64,000 bases of DNA from Betaproteobacteria bacterium (GTDB taxonomy: Bacteria; Pseudomonadota; Gammaproteobacteria; Burkholderiales; UBA3065), in assembly GCA_009927815.1 (NCBI GenBank), contig RFMI01000093.1:678-64677 (forward strand), read 5' to 3'. Numbering within the stretch: the stretch's first letter is position 1; each line of letters opens with the position of its first letter. Shown piece after piece: positions 1-12,623 of the stretch. The notes below the pieces were generated by a model that searched no databases, was not told where the DNA came from, and saw nothing but the letters and a program-made list of their open reading frames with translations. Position numbers and translations under genes: made by a program.

Positions 1-1
1 G

Positions 2-262
2 ATGCCAACGTCGCTTGTGCTGGCTGATTGGCTCGTGCTGGTGCTGCTGGGCGTGGTCATGTTCGCCATCAGCTTGATCATCCAATACGGCGTGGCGCGA
101 GTGCCGGCCAACACGGCGATCGTGGTCTTTTTGGTGGAGTTGGTGGCGGGTGCGATCTCATCAGCCTTGCTGTCGGACGAAGTCTTGACCACGCGTGAAT
201 GGCTGGGCGGGGCGATGATCGTGAGCGCCAGTCTGGTGGCGGCTGTGCGCGCGCGGTCTTAG
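2..262 (+). CDS. DMT/EamA-family transporter, C-terminal fragment (truncated by window edge)
   Basis: Several hydrophobic helices and an EamA-like ending (E..LSDEVLTTREWLGGAMIV). Confidence 0.75.
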   Translation: MPTSLVLADWLVLVLLGVVMFAISLIIQYGVARVPANTAIVVFLVELVAGAISSALLSDEVLTTREWLGGAMIVSASLVAAVRARS

Positions 263-909
263 TCGGTCAGCGACTTGAGCAGCACCAGCGCGGCGCCACC
301 ACCACCCTCGACGTTCGGCGCCTGACAAAAAGCCAGCACCTCGTCGCGTTGCATCAACCAGCTCCGCACCTTGCCCTTGAGCACCGGCTCTTTGTTTGGC
401 GAGCGCAGCCCTTTGCCATGGATGATGCGAACGCAGCGGAAACCGGCCTGCCGGCAGCGAGCCAGGAAACCGGCCAGTTCCAGCCGCGCCACCTCGCGCG
501 TCAGGCCGTGTAAATCGAGCTGCGCCTGGATCACCCAGTGGCCGCGTTTGAGCTTGCGCAGCGCGGCGGCAGTAACACCTGGGCGGGCAAATAGCAGTTC
601 TTCGCCGGTCTCGAGGTCTTCCGGTTCGTAGTCCGAGAGGCTGTCGGCCAACACCTGCTGCTCGTCGGCCAGGCGCTGCGCAGGCCAGGCCGGGACGGTA
701 GGGCGGGGTGGCTCGACGCGGTCGCTGGGCGGTAGCGGCGTGACATCAGTCACTGCCTTGCGAAACACATCGCGTTGAGCGGCCGCCGCCTGCGCCGCTG
801 CGGCGGCGCGGCGCTCCGCCGCAGCGCGATCGCGGGCCTGTGACTCCAGGGTGCGCTGAACGCCGGCCAAGGCCGCGGCGAGGGGGCTGTCGGCAGGTCG
901 TTTGCTCAC
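259..909 (-). CDS. Smr/MutS2 C-terminal domain protein
   Basis: Smr motifs LDLHGLT, IIHGKG and GGGGA. Confidence 0.9.
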   Translation of the reverse strand: MSKRPADSPLAAALAGVQRTLESQARDRAAAERRAAAAAQAAAAQRDVFRKAVTDVTPLPPSDRVEPPRPTVPAWPAQRLADEQQVLADSLSDYEPEDLETGEELLFARPGVTAAALRKLKRGHWVIQAQLDLHGLTREVARLELAGFLARCRQAGFRCVRIIHGKGLRSPNKEPVLKGKVRSWLMQRDEVLAFCQAPNVEGGGGAALVLLKSLTD

Positions 910-950
910 GCCAGTGGCCTTGCAGGTCGTCGTCGTGGGAGTGAGCCGGT

Positions 951-1991
<1,041 letters not shown>

Positions 1992-2003
1992 TCAGAGGCT
2001 CGA

Positions 2004-2783
2004 TCAGCCGCGGTGGCCGGCATGTGAGTCTTGCAGATGCACCACCACGGGCGCGGGTGCGTCCGGCGCCCGGCTGAACAGTGCGACAAGGCCCGGCGCC
2101 AGCGTTTCCGGCAGCGGCAGTGCGTGGGTCTCGCCAAGGGCGTCGCCGGCCGAGTGGCTCTTCAGGCGGATTGGCGACTTCATCGGCCCCGGCACTACGG
2201 CGTGGACGCGGTGCGTCGGCCGGTGCGACCACTCGGCGTCCCACGACTCCGCCAGCGCGATCAAGCCTGCCTTGGCCACGCCGTAGGCGCCCCAGAAGGC
2301 CGCCGGCCGGGCGCCGTGCGTGTCGGAGACGAACACCACCGTTGCGGTGGACGCGGCTTGCAGCAACTCGCTGCAGGCGCGGGTGAGCAGGGCCGGCGCC
2401 ATCAGGTCGACGCGGAGTAGCGTGTTCCAGGTGTCGAGGTCTTGCTGGGCCATCGGCGTGAGCGTGCGGAATTGAGCAGCTGCATGGACGATGCCATCGA
2501 GCCGGCCAAGTTGTGACGCGATGCCCTCGGCGATGCGCTCGAAGCCGGTCTCGTCGGCGCGCGCCAGATCGAACGGAATGATCGACGGGTGCGCCCCGCC
2601 GGCCGCGACGATGTCGTCGTAGACCGACTCCAGCGGCTGCGTCTTGCGACCGAGCAGCACTACCGTAGCCCCGGCTGACGCCAGCGCCAGTGCGCTGGCG
2701 CGGCCAAAACCGGAGCCGGCGCCAGTGACCAGGACCACGTGGTCGCGCAAGTCTGGCAGGTGCAGGGGGTCAGACATCGGCAA
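2004..2783 (-). CDS. Short-chain dehydrogenase/reductase (YciK-like)
   Basis: TGAGSGFG Rossmann motif, catalytic YGVAK (YxxxK). Confidence 0.85.
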   Translation of the reverse strand: MPMSDPLHLPDLRDHVVLVTGAGSGFGRASALALASAGATVVLLGRKTQPLESVYDDIVAAGGAHPSIIPFDLARADETGFERIAEGIASQLGRLDGIVHAAAQFRTLTPMAQQDLDTWNTLLRVDLMAPALLTRACSELLQAASTATVVFVSDTHGARPAAFWGAYGVAKAGLIALAESWDAEWSHRPTHRVHAVVPGPMKSPIRLKSHSAGDALGETHALPLPETLAPGLVALFSRAPDAPAPVVVHLQDSHAGHRG

Positions 2784-2840
2784 GGCTCCGCAAGGACAGC
2801 AATTAAGGGGCTGCGTGGGTAGGCAGTTCGGGTGCCACGC

Positions 2841-4178
2841 TCAAGCGGCAGCCGCGGCAATTCGGCGCGCGCATTCTACCCCGCTGCGCACCGCACCCTC
2901 GAGTGTGGCCGGGTAGGGGCCAGCGGTGTAGTCGCCAGCCAGCCAGACACCAGGCAGGCCGGTTGCATGACCGGGGCGGACCAGGTCAGGCGTGCAGGCG
3001 AAGGTGGCGCGCTTCTCGCAGATCAGCTGGCTGGCAAGCGCTGGCGGCCAATGCGGGAATCGCTGCGCCAATTGGCGGACGACGGCGTCGGCCTGTGCGT
3101 CTTGCCGGGCACTGGTGACAACGCTGAGCCGTCCTTCGCCATGGTCGAACAGCCATTCGCCAGGATTGCCATCCAACATGTGCATCGGTGGCTCAAGTTG
3201 CAATGCCTGCGGATAGCGCACGTGGACTGTGGTGATTGGCCGGTACTCGAAGGCATCAAGCGCTGAGCAGACGCTTTCGCTCTCGCCCGAGGGCGCTCCC
3301 GCTGCAGCGCCGGTTCGCAGCAGCGCTGTGACATGTTGCGGTGCGGTGGCAATCACCACCGCATCAAACCGCGCACCCGGGTACACGATCGGAGCCTCGC
3401 TCGTCAGCGATTCGGAAGCAGCGGTACCCAGCGCCAACTGCCATGCGCCGTCCGCAGGCTGCAGCGCGTGCACCCGAGCACCGTAGTGCACGTCGGCGCC
3501 GTGGCTCCGCAGCCAGTCGACCGCCGGCTCGGCCAGCACCTCGCCCAGCGGTACGCAGGGCAATTCGAGGCCAGCGTCGCGGCCCGCCGCGAACAGCCCG
3601 TCTACCAGGACGCGGGCGAGCACCCGCGCCGAGGCCTCGTGCACATCGGTGTTGAGCGCAGCGACGCAGAGCGGTGCCCATAGGGCCTCGACCAGCGCGT
3701 CGGGCTGGCCGGTGCGGCGCAGCCAGTCCAGCGCGACGCAGTCAGGCGTGTGGCTATTCGCCATTTGGCGAGCGGCAGGTGCCAGCCGCAGTAGGGCCAG
3801 TCGCGCGCGAAAATCGAGTCCGCGTGCGGTGATGACAGCCGCCAGTCCGCCCAGTCCGAAGGGCCATGCCGGCACCGTCATCTGCAAGCCCCCGGGGTGA
3901 TGCAGGCTCAAGGGCAGTCGGCGCAACACGGCTTCGCGCCGGACGCCAAGGGTTTGCATCAGGTCAAAGGTCTGGCGGTACGGGCCGATCAGCACGTGCT
4001 GGCCGTTGTCGACCGCGCCGAGACGCCCGTGCACGGTGCGGGCGCGTCCACCCGGCACGCGTGCGGCCTCGAACACCTGCACCGCCGCGCCGGCCTCCAC
4101 TAGACGCACGGCGCAGGCCAATCCCGCCCAGCCGGCGCCGATTACGGCGACGCGCATTCGTGTCAGCGCCGGCTTCAC
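2841..4178 (-). CDS. hpnE: Hydroxysqualene dehydroxylase (FAD-dependent)
   Basis: IGAGWAGL, PGGRART, DNGQH, LAGDYT...PATLEGAVRSG; GTG start overlaps the hpnD stop (GTGA). Confidence 0.9.
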   Translation of the reverse strand: MKPALTRMRVAVIGAGWAGLACAVRLVEAGAAVQVFEAARVPGGRARTVHGRLGAVDNGQHVLIGPYRQTFDLMQTLGVRREAVLRRLPLSLHHPGGLQMTVPAWPFGLGGLAAVITARGLDFRARLALLRLAPAARQMANSHTPDCVALDWLRRTGQPDALVEALWAPLCVAALNTDVHEASARVLARVLVDGLFAAGRDAGLELPCVPLGEVLAEPAVDWLRSHGADVHYGARVHALQPADGAWQLALGTAASESLTSEAPIVYPGARFDAVVIATAPQHVTALLRTGAAAGAPSGESESVCSALDAFEYRPITTVHVRYPQALQLEPPMHMLDGNPGEWLFDHGEGRLSVVTSARQDAQADAVVRQLAQRFPHWPPALASQLICEKRATFACTPDLVRPGHATGLPGVWLAGDYTAGPYPATLEGAVRSGVECARRIAAAAA

Positions 4179-5014
4179 AGACGTCCGGTCAGCGCCACCT
4201 GCAAGCCGATCAGCGCTTTGCGCAACGGTGGCAAGCTGGTCTTTTCGCGGAGTACGCGGCTGCCGCTCGTCGCGATCTCTTCGAGCAAGGTGCGATACAC
4301 CGCCGCCATGACCAGGCCGGGTCTTTGCGATCGGCGATCGCAATCTGGCAGCACGGCCAGGGCTTCGGTGAAGGTGCTGCGTGCGCGCGTGATTTGCATC
4401 GCCATCAGGGCCGCAAAGCCGGGCGATTCGCGCCGTGCCAGCACATCGCCGGGCAGCACGCCGTGTGCGCGCAATTCATCGGCTGGCAGGTAGATGCGGC
4501 CCCGCATGGCGTCCTCGCCGACGTCGCGGACGATGTTGGTGAGCTGCAAGGCGAGGCCGAGGCGAGCTGCGTAAGTCTCGGTGCTGGCATCGCGATAGCC
4601 GAAGATGCGCGCCGAGAGCAGACCCACCACCCCGGCGACACGGTGGCAATACAGCCGCAAGGCCTCGAAGTCGGCGAATCCACCGTGTTGCAGGTCCATC
4701 GCCATGCCATCAAGGATGGCCTCGAAGTGCTCGCGTGGCAGCGTGTAGTCGCGCACCGCTGGCAGCAGTGCGCGCGTCACCGGATGTCGCGGCGCGCCTT
4801 CATACAGCCGCCCGACCTCGTCGCGCCACCAGGCCAGCACGGTGTAGGCCGGCACCGGATCGGTGATGTCGTCGACCACGTCGTCCACCGCACGGCAGAA
4901 GGCGTATAGCGCGGTCATGGCGCGGCGCCGAGGTTCGGGCAGAAGGCGGAAGCTCAGCGTGAAACTGGAGCCCGCCTTGCGGCAGACCTCGGCGCAATAC
5001 TGGTCCGGACTCAC
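4175..5014 (-). CDS. hpnD: Presqualene diphosphate synthase
   Basis: GSSF, LYAFCRAVDDVVD, LQLTNIVRDVGED, GRIYLP; GTG start overlaps the hpnC stop. Confidence 0.92.
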   Translation of the reverse strand: MSPDQYCAEVCRKAGSSFTLSFRLLPEPRRRAMTALYAFCRAVDDVVDDITDPVPAYTVLAWWRDEVGRLYEGAPRHPVTRALLPAVRDYTLPREHFEAILDGMAMDLQHGGFADFEALRLYCHRVAGVVGLLSARIFGYRDASTETYAARLGLALQLTNIVRDVGEDAMRGRIYLPADELRAHGVLPGDVLARRESPGFAALMAMQITRARSTFTEALAVLPDCDRRSQRPGLVMAAVYRTLLEEIATSGSRVLREKTSLPPLRKALIGLQVALTGRL

Positions 5015-5865
5015 TGGCAGCCCCCGCCGGCTGGCTCGGCGAATAGCGAGCCCAGCCCCGGGAACAGTGCTCGCGGCAGGTTGCGCGCGATGTCCTGCCA
5101 GCCGACCACCGGCCGTTGCGTCAGCACATCGCCTCCGGCCGCGTGAATCTTGCGCAACACGGCCTCGCCACCCAGCACGATCAGCCGGATCTCGAGTCCC
5201 AGTCGCCCCGGCAGCGCCCGTCCCAGCGGTGCGCCGGCTTGTAGTAGACGGCGTGCGCGGTCGGTCTCGAAGGCCATGAGCGCCCGCCATTGCGGGGATG
5301 CCCGGCGCGCGGCGATGTCAGCCTCGCTCACACCGAAGCGCGCGAGTTCGTCTTGCGGCAGGTAGACGCGGCCTTTGTCCCAGTCCACCGTCACGTCCTG
5401 CCAAAAATTGATCAGCTGCAGGGCGGTGCAGATGCCGTCTGAGTACGCGAGGTTGCGCGGGGTGGCCGCGCCGAACAGGTGCAGCAGGATACGGCCCACC
5501 GGATTCGCCGAGCGGCGGCAGTAGTCGGCGAGTTCGGCGTAGCCAGCGTAGCGGGTCACGCGCACATCCTGCTCGAACGCGCTCAGCAGGTCGGTGAACA
5601 GCTCGAGCGGCAACTGATGGCGACGGATTACATCGGCGAGGGGCGCGAAGATCGCGTGGTCAGGCGTCTCGCCGCGACCAATGGCGGCCAGCATCTGGCG
5701 GTACTCGCCAAGCTGCGCCATGCGTTCGCCAGCGCTTGCGTCGCCCTCGTCGGCAAAGTCGTCGGCGCTGCGTGCGAAGTGGTAGATCCAGCGCACTGGC
5801 TCGCGCAGGCGACGCGGCAATGCGAGCGAGGCCACGGGGAAGTTCTCGTAATGATCGACCTGCAT
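5011..5865 (-). CDS. hpnC: Hydroxysqualene synthase
   Basis: Diagnostic HYENFPVAS N-terminus, ADDFADEG, SANPVGR, LQLINFWQD. Confidence 0.93.
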   Translation of the reverse strand: MQVDHYENFPVASLALPRRLREPVRWIYHFARSADDFADEGDASAGERMAQLGEYRQMLAAIGRGETPDHAIFAPLADVIRRHQLPLELFTDLLSAFEQDVRVTRYAGYAELADYCRRSANPVGRILLHLFGAATPRNLAYSDGICTALQLINFWQDVTVDWDKGRVYLPQDELARFGVSEADIAARRASPQWRALMAFETDRARRLLQAGAPLGRALPGRLGLEIRLIVLGGEAVLRKIHAAGGDVLTQRPVVGWQDIARNLPRALFPGLGSLFAEPAGGGCQ

Positions 5866-5953
5866 GCGGGAGCGGCTCGCGTCGGGAGCGCGTAGTTTAC
5901 ACTCGAGGGCGCAGCGGCTCGGCTGCCGGCTCAGGTCGGCGATGACCGTCGGC

Positions 5954-6040
5954 GCGACCGTGGCGAAATTGGTAGACGCAACAGGTTTAGGTCCTGTCGG
6001 GGGCAACCCTGTGGAGGTTCGAGTCCTCTCGGTCGCACCA
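5954..6040 (+). tRNA. tRNA-Leu (anticodon TAG)
   Basis: Acceptor stem GCGACCG/CGGTCGC, anticodon arm ACAGG-TTTAGGT-CCTGT, long variable arm, GGTTCGAGTCC, encoded CCA. Confidence 0.96.
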
Positions 6041-6144
6041 GTGCCCATCAGATCTCGCAGCCTGATCCGGAAATTCACCGGGGGCTGCGTATAATGTCGG
6101 GTTCTACATCATATTCGCGGCCTGACCGCGCAAACGAGACAGCC

Positions 6145-7448
6145 ATGGCAGCAAACATCGAAACCCTCCAGGGCCTGCAACGCAAGGCTAGCCTGGCCAT
6201 CCCTCTGGCCACCATCGAAGCCGAAGCGGCACGGCGGCTCAAGGACCTTTCCCGCACCGTCAACATCAAGGGTTTCCGCAAGGGCAAAGCGCCGGTCAAG
6301 CTGGTCGATCAGCAGTACGGCCAGCAAGTCCGTCAGGAGGTGGTGGGCGACCAGCTGCGCGAGGTTTTCACCGAAGCCGCACTGACCCACAAGCTGCGCA
6401 TCGCCGGCAACCCGCGCTTCGAGCCGAAGGCGGGCGATGGTCAGACCGATCTGCTGTTCGACGCGCATTTCGAGGTGTATCCCGACATTCAGCTGGGCGA
6501 CATCAAGACTTGGTCGCTGGAGCGCCAGACGCTCGAGGTGACCGAGAAGCACGTCGACAAGACGCTCGAAATCCTCCGCAAGCAGCGCACCACGTACAAG
6601 ACCGCCAAGCGCGCCGCCAAGGCCGATGACCGCGTCACTGTCGACTTCGAGTCGACCCTCGACGGCCAGCCGATGGCCGGTGGTCAGGGCGCCGATTTCC
6701 CCTTCGTGCTCGGCGCCGGCCAGATGCTGCCCGATTTCGAGGCGGCGGTGACTGGCAAGGCGGCCAAGGAGGCGGTCGAGTTCGACCTCACGTTCCCGAC
6801 CGATTACCGCGCCACCGATGTCGCCGGTAAGACGGCGCAATTCAAGGTTACGGTGAAGTTGGTGGAGTCGCCGGTGCTGCCGAAGATCGACGAGGACTTC
6901 GCCCGCGCGCTTGGCGTCGACAGTGGTGATGTTGAGGAGCTGCGTCGCGAACTGCGCGCCAATGTTGAGCGCGAGGTCGCCCGCCGCTTGCAGTCGAAAG
7001 CCAAGAACTCGGTGATGGAGGCCCTGCGCGATTTGCCGGACGTCGACCTGCCGAAGAACCTGGTCGACACCGAGATTCGTCGCTTGATGCAGATCACCCG
7101 TGCCGACCTCGAATCCAAGGGCATCCCCAATGCCAAGGACGTGCCGCTGGCGCCGGAGATCTTCGTCGAGGAGGCTCAGGCCCGCGTCAAGCTCGGTCTG
7201 CTGGTTGGCGAAATCGCTCGCCTCAACCAGCTGCAGCCGTCGCCGGAAAAAGTGCGCGACCTGGTCATCCAGCAAGCCACCAGCTACGAGAACCCGGCCG
7301 AGATGGTGCAGTGGTTCTACGCCGACCCGCGCCGCCTGCAAGAAGTCCAAGCGGTGGTGCTGGAGGACGAGGTGGTCGAGTGGGTGTTCGCCCAAGGCAA
7401 GCCCAAGACCAGCAAGATCGCCTTCGAAGAACTCATGGACATCGCCTG

Positions 7449-7449
<1 letters not shown>
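6145..7449 (+). CDS. tig: Trigger factor
   Basis: GFRKGKAP ribosome-binding motif, FKBP-like domain, position upstream of clpP-clpX; TATAAT at 6090-6095. Confidence 0.96.
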
Positions 7450-8107
<658 letters not shown>

Positions 8108-8132
8108 GCGCCTTGGCGTACACTCACCGGCA

Positions 8133-9392
8133 ATGAGCGACAAGACCAGTAGCGACAAGCCTTTGTACTGCTCCTTCTGCGGCAAGGGGCAGCACGATGT
8201 TCGCAAGCTGATCGCCGGACCGTCGGTGTTCATCTGCGACGAGTGCATCGAGCTGTGCAACGACATCATCCGCGAGGAGGTCGGCGACGGTGATGAGGCG
8301 TCGACCCGAGATGGCCTGCCGACGCCGCATGAGGTGCGCGACATCCTTGATCAATACGTGATCGGTCAGTCGTCGGCCAAAAAAATCCTCTCGGTGGCGG
8401 TCTACAACCACTACAAACGTATCCGCAGTGGCAGCCGCCGCGACGACGTTGATCTGTCCAAGAGCAACATTCTGCTTATCGGCCCGACCGGTTCGGGCAA
8501 GACCTTGTTCGCGCAAACCCTGGCTCGTCTGCTTAACGTGCCATTTGTGATGGCCGATGCGACCACCCTCACCGAGGCTGGTTATGTCGGCGAGGACGTC
8601 GAGAACATCATCCAGAAGCTGCTGCAGAAGTGCGACTACGACGTCGAGCGGGCCCAGCAGGGCATCGTCTACATCGACGAGATCGACAAGATCTCTCGCA
8701 AGAGCGATAACCCGTCAATCACCCGCGACGTGTCTGGCGAAGGCGTCCAGCAGGCCTTGCTCAAGTTGATCGAGGGCACTACGGCATCGGTGCCGCCTCA
8801 GGGTGGGCGCAAGCACCCCAATCAAGAGTTCGTGCAGGTCGACACCACCAATATTTTGTTCATTTGCGGCGGCGCCTTCGACGGCCTCGACAAGGTCATT
8901 CGCAACCGCTCGGAGCGCGGCGGCATTGGTTTTGGTGCCGACGTGCGCAGCAAGGATTCCAGCCGCGAGATCAGCAGCTTGCTGAGCGAAGTCGAGCCGG
9001 AAGACCTCATCAAGTACGGGCTGATCCCCGAATTCATCGGGCGCCTGCCAGTCACGGCGACGCTCGAGGAGTTGGACGAGGCGGCGCTGGTGCGCATCCT
9101 CACCGAGCCCAAGAACGCGCTGGTCAAGCAGTTCCAAGCCTTGTTCGCCATGGAAGGCGTGCAACTCGAAGTGCGTGAAGATGCGCTGCAGGCCATCGCC
9201 GCGAAAGCGCTGGCGCGCAAGACCGGCGCCCGCGGGCTGCGTTCGATCCTTGAGCAGGCCTTGCTTGAGACCATGTTCGACCTGCCCTCGCTGAGCCATG
9301 TCGAGTCGGTGGTGGTCGATGCCGGCGTCATCAGTTCGGGCAATCGGCCACTCGTCGTCTATGCCGAACAGGCCGCTGCTGGGAGCGCGTAA
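8133..9392 (+). CDS. clpX: Clp protease ATP-binding subunit
   Basis: Zn finger CSFC...CDECIELC, Walker [13 protein letters not shown] pore loop, IGF loop. Confidence 0.98.
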   Translation: MSDKTSSDKPLYCSFCGKGQHDVRKLIAGPSVFICDECIELCNDIIREEVGDGDEASTRDGLPTPHEVRDILDQYVIGQSSAKKILSVAVYNHYKRIRSGSRRDDVDLSKSNILLIGPTGSGKTLFAQTLARLLNVPFVMADATTLTEAGYVGEDVENIIQKLLQKCDYDVERAQQGIVYIDEIDKISRKSDNPSITRDVSGEGVQQALLKLIEGTTASVPPQGGRKHPNQEFVQVDTTNILFICGGAFDGLDKVIRNRSERGGIGFGADVRSKDSSREISSLLSEVEPEDLIKYGLIPEFIGRLPVTATLEELDEAALVRILTEPKNALVKQFQALFAMEGVQLEVREDALQAIAAKALARKTGARGLRSILEQALLETMFDLPSLSHVESVVVDAGVISSGNRPLVVYAEQAAAGSA

Positions 9393-9482
9393 TCCGGCTG
9401 TCTTGAGTTTTTGCTTGAGCGCCTCCATCTGTCGCAGTAATCTGCGCTAGAACCCGCGCCAAACGGCCAATAAGGAACCCCG

Positions 9483-11896
9483 ATGACCGATTCGACCCCC
9501 ACCACTGGCGACACCGTGGATTTGTCGCTGCTGCCGCTGCGCGACGTCGTGGTCTTTCCGCACATGGTCATCCCGCTGTTTGTTGGGCGACCCAAGTCGA
9601 TTAAAGCGCTCGAGCTGGCGATGGACGCCGGTAAGAGCATCCTGCTGGTGGCGCAGAAGTCCGCCGCCAAGGACGAGCCCGCCACCGACGACCTCTACGC
9701 TGTCGGCACGGTCGCCAGCATCTTGCAGATGCTGAAGCTGCCCGATGGCACGGTGAAGGTGTTGGTGGAGGGTGGCCAGCGCGCGCAAGTTCTGGACGTG
9801 CGCGACGAAAAGACGCATTTCAGCGGTCGCGCCGAGTTGATCGGCGACCTCAACGCCGAGACCCATGAGGTTGAGGCGATGCGCCGCGCCATGCTGGCGC
9901 AGTTTGACCAATACGTGAAGCTCAACAAGAAGATTCCGCCCGAGGTGCTGACCTCGGTCGCGGGCATCGATGAAGCCGGGCGTCTGGCCGACATGATTGC
10001 CGCCCACCTGCCGCTCAAGCTCGAGCAGAAGCAGGACGTGCTCGACATTTTTGACGTGCGCCAGCGGCTCGAACACCTGCTCGGTCTGCTCGAGGCCGAG
10101 ATCGACATCCTGCAAGTCGAGAAGCGCATCCGTGGCCGCGTCAAGCGGCAGATGGAGAAGTCGCAGCGCGAGTACTACCTCAACGAGCAGGTCAAGGCGA
10201 TCCAAAAAGAGCTCGGTGAGCTGGAAGAGGGCAGCGACCTCGACGAGTTGGAGCGCAAGCTGCGCACCTCGGGCATGTCGAAGGAGGCGTTGGCCAAGGC
10301 TGAAGCCGAACTCAAAAAGCTCAAGATGATGTCGCCGATGTCGGCTGAAGCCACTGTCGTGCGCAACTACATCGAACGCTCATCGGCCTGCCGTGGAAGA
10401 AGAAGTCGAAGATCAGCAAGGACCTGGCGGCTGCCGGCAAGGTTCTGGAGACCGATCACCACGGTCTCGAGAAGGTTAAGGAACGCATCCTCGAATATCT
10501 CGCGGTGCAGCAGCGGGTCGACAAGGTCAAGGCGCCTATCCTCTGTCTGGTCGGGCCTCCGGGCGTCGGCAAGACTTCGCTCGGCCAGTCGATTGCCCGC
10601 GCCACCAATCGCAAATTCGTGCGCATGGCGCTTGGCGGCGTGCGCGACGAGGCCGAGATCCGTGGCCACCGTCGCACCTACATCGGCTCAATGCCGGGCA
10701 AGATCCTGCAGAACATGAGCAAGGTCGGCGTCAAGAACCCCTTGTTCCTGCTCGACGAGGTCGACAAGATGGGTCAGGACTTCCGCGGCGATCCTTCGTC
10801 GGCTTTGCTGGAAGTGCTTGATCCGGAACAGAACTCAAGCTTCGCCGATCATTACATCGAGGTTGATTACGACCTGTCCGACGTGATGTTCGTGGCTACC
10901 GCCAACACGCTCGATATTCCGGCGCCACTGCTCGACCGGATGGAGGTGATTCGCCTGTCGGGTTACACCGAGGACGAAAAGGTCGGTATCGCCCTACGCT
11001 ATTTGGTGCCCAAGCAGATGAAGAACCACGGCCTCAAGGCCGAGGAAGTCAACATCGGCGAAGCCGCGATCCGCGAAATGATCCAGTTCTACACGCGCGA
11101 GGCTGGCGTGCGCTCGCTGGAGCGTGAGCTGGCCAAGATCTGCCGCAAGGTCGTGAAGGACTTGCTGCTGAAGAAATCGACCGGCCGCGTCTCGGTGACG
11201 CCGCGATCCATCCACAAGTACCTCGGCGTGCGGCGTTATCAGATTGGCCTTGCTGAGAAGCACAACCAAGTCGGGCAAGTCACTGGCTTGGCGTGGACCG
11301 AGGTCGGCGGCGAGCTCCTCACCATCGAGGCCGTGACCATGCCTGGCAAGGGCAATGTGGTGACCACCGGCAAGCTGGGCGAGGTGATGCAGGAATCGAT
11401 GAAGGCGGCGATGACCGTGGTGCGTGCGCGTTCCGACAAGCTTGGCATCAAGCCGGACTTCTATCAGAACAGTGACGTCCACATCCACGTGCCGGAAGGC
11501 GCCACGCCGAAAGACGGCCCGAGTGCCGGCATCGCCATCGTCACTGCGCTGACCTCGATGCTGACTGGTATCCCGGTGCGTGCCGACGTGGCCATGACCG
11601 GCGAGATTACGCTGCGCGGCGAGGTGCTGGCGATCGGCGGTCTCAAGGAAAAGCTGTTAGCGGCGCATCGTGCGGGCATCAAGACCGTGTTGATCCCTCA
11701 GGAAAACGTCAAAGACCTCAGTGAGATTCCCGACAATGTGAAGAGTCGTCTGGACATTAAGGCGGTGAAGTGGATCGACGAGGTCCTGGCGACGGCTTTG
11801 GAACGGTTGCCAGAGCCTCCAGCGGAATTGGTCGAGGTGCCGCCTCTGGCGGTGCCCTTGGCCGAGGGAGCGCCCGCTCCGGTCGTCAAACACTAG
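9483..11896 (+). CDS. lon: Lon protease, split into two ORFs by an apparent 1-nt deletion near 10376
   Basis: [11 protein letters not shown]-domain, [17 protein letters not shown] catalytic Ser; one added A gives continuous IETLIGLPW. Confidence 0.95.
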
Positions 11897-11937
11897 CTCT
11901 TAGACTCAGTTTTTGCGGTTGTAATTATGTCACGCGG

Positions 11938-11967
11938 TTGACACGCCTTTTTACGGCTTGCTATACA
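11938..11967 (+). promoter_or_regulatory. Putative sigma70 promoter of hupB
   Basis: TTGACA-18 nt-TATACA. Confidence 0.6.
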
Positions 11968-12061
11968 GGCATACGGACTTTGTACTTCGCAGCACCTGGC
12001 AGTAACAACTCCAGCGGAAATCGTTGTAGTCAACAAAAATCTGACAAAGAAGGGGACTCAG

Positions 12062-12334
12062 TTGAACAAATCGGATCTGATCGATGCAATCGCCGCGGAA
12101 GCGGATATCTCCAAGGCTTCAGCCGGACGCGCACTTGACGCCGTCGTGGCGGCTGTTGCGCACGCGTTGAAGGGTGGCGACACTGTCAGCCTGGTCGGTT
12201 TCGGCACCTTCTACGCGTCGGAGCGCGCTGCCCGCACCGGCCGCAACCCGCGCACCGGCGCCGAAATCAAGATCAAGGCGACCAAGGTGCCGAAGTTCCG
12301 CCCTGGCAAGGCGCTGAAGGATGGTGTAAACTAA
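12062..12334 (+). CDS. hupB: DNA-binding protein HU
   Basis: [25 protein letters not shown]; follows lon; TTG start. Confidence 0.95.
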   Translation: MNKSDLIDAIAAEADISKASAGRALDAVVAAVAHALKGGDTVSLVGFGTFYASERAARTGRNPRTGAEIKIKATKVPKFRPGKALKDGVN

Positions 12335-12346
12335 AGGGCTTAGGTC

Positions 12347-12422
12347 GGGTGCTTAGCTCAGCTGGTAGAGCGTCGCCCTTACAAGGCGAATGTCAGCGGT
12401 TCGATCCCGTTAGCACCCACCA
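12347..12422 (+). tRNA. tRNA-Val (anticodon TAC)
   Basis: GGGTGCT/AGCACCC acceptor stem, TCGCC-CTTACAA-GGCGA, TTCGAT loop, CCA. Confidence 0.96.
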
Positions 12423-12484
12423 GCACGCAGCGCAGTGAGTCTCGCGCTGCAGTGCAGCCCTGCTGTAAGGCAGTTCCGGTTATT

Positions 12485-12561
12485 GGAGTGGTAGTTCAGT
12501 TGGTTAGAATACCGGCCTGTCACGCCGGGGGTCGCGGGTTCGAGTCCCGTCCACTCCGCCA
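12485..12561 (+). tRNA. tRNA-Asp (anticodon GTC)
   Basis: GGAGTGG/CCACTCC acceptor stem, CCGGC-CTGTCAC-GCCGG, CCA. Confidence 0.97.
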
Positions 12562-12572
12562 AAATTGAAGAC

Positions 12573-12598
12573 AGGGGCGATCGAGTCGCCCCTTTTTC
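12573..12598 (+). terminator. Rho-independent terminator after the tRNAs
   Basis: AGGGGCGA-TCGAG-TCGCCCCT followed by a T run. Confidence 0.8.
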
Positions 12599-12623
12599 AT
12601 GTCCGTTGCCCCGAGCTCTCGCT

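Noticed and set aside
10370..10400. Programmed frameshift or split-gene biology in lon
   Set aside because: No slippery heptamer, and the same 1-nt-deletion pattern appears in three unrelated genes, so an artefact is more likely
12423..12484. Hairpins in the tRNA-Val/tRNA-Asp spacer as a small RNA or repeat
   Set aside because: Ordinary spacer structure; no second copy noticed
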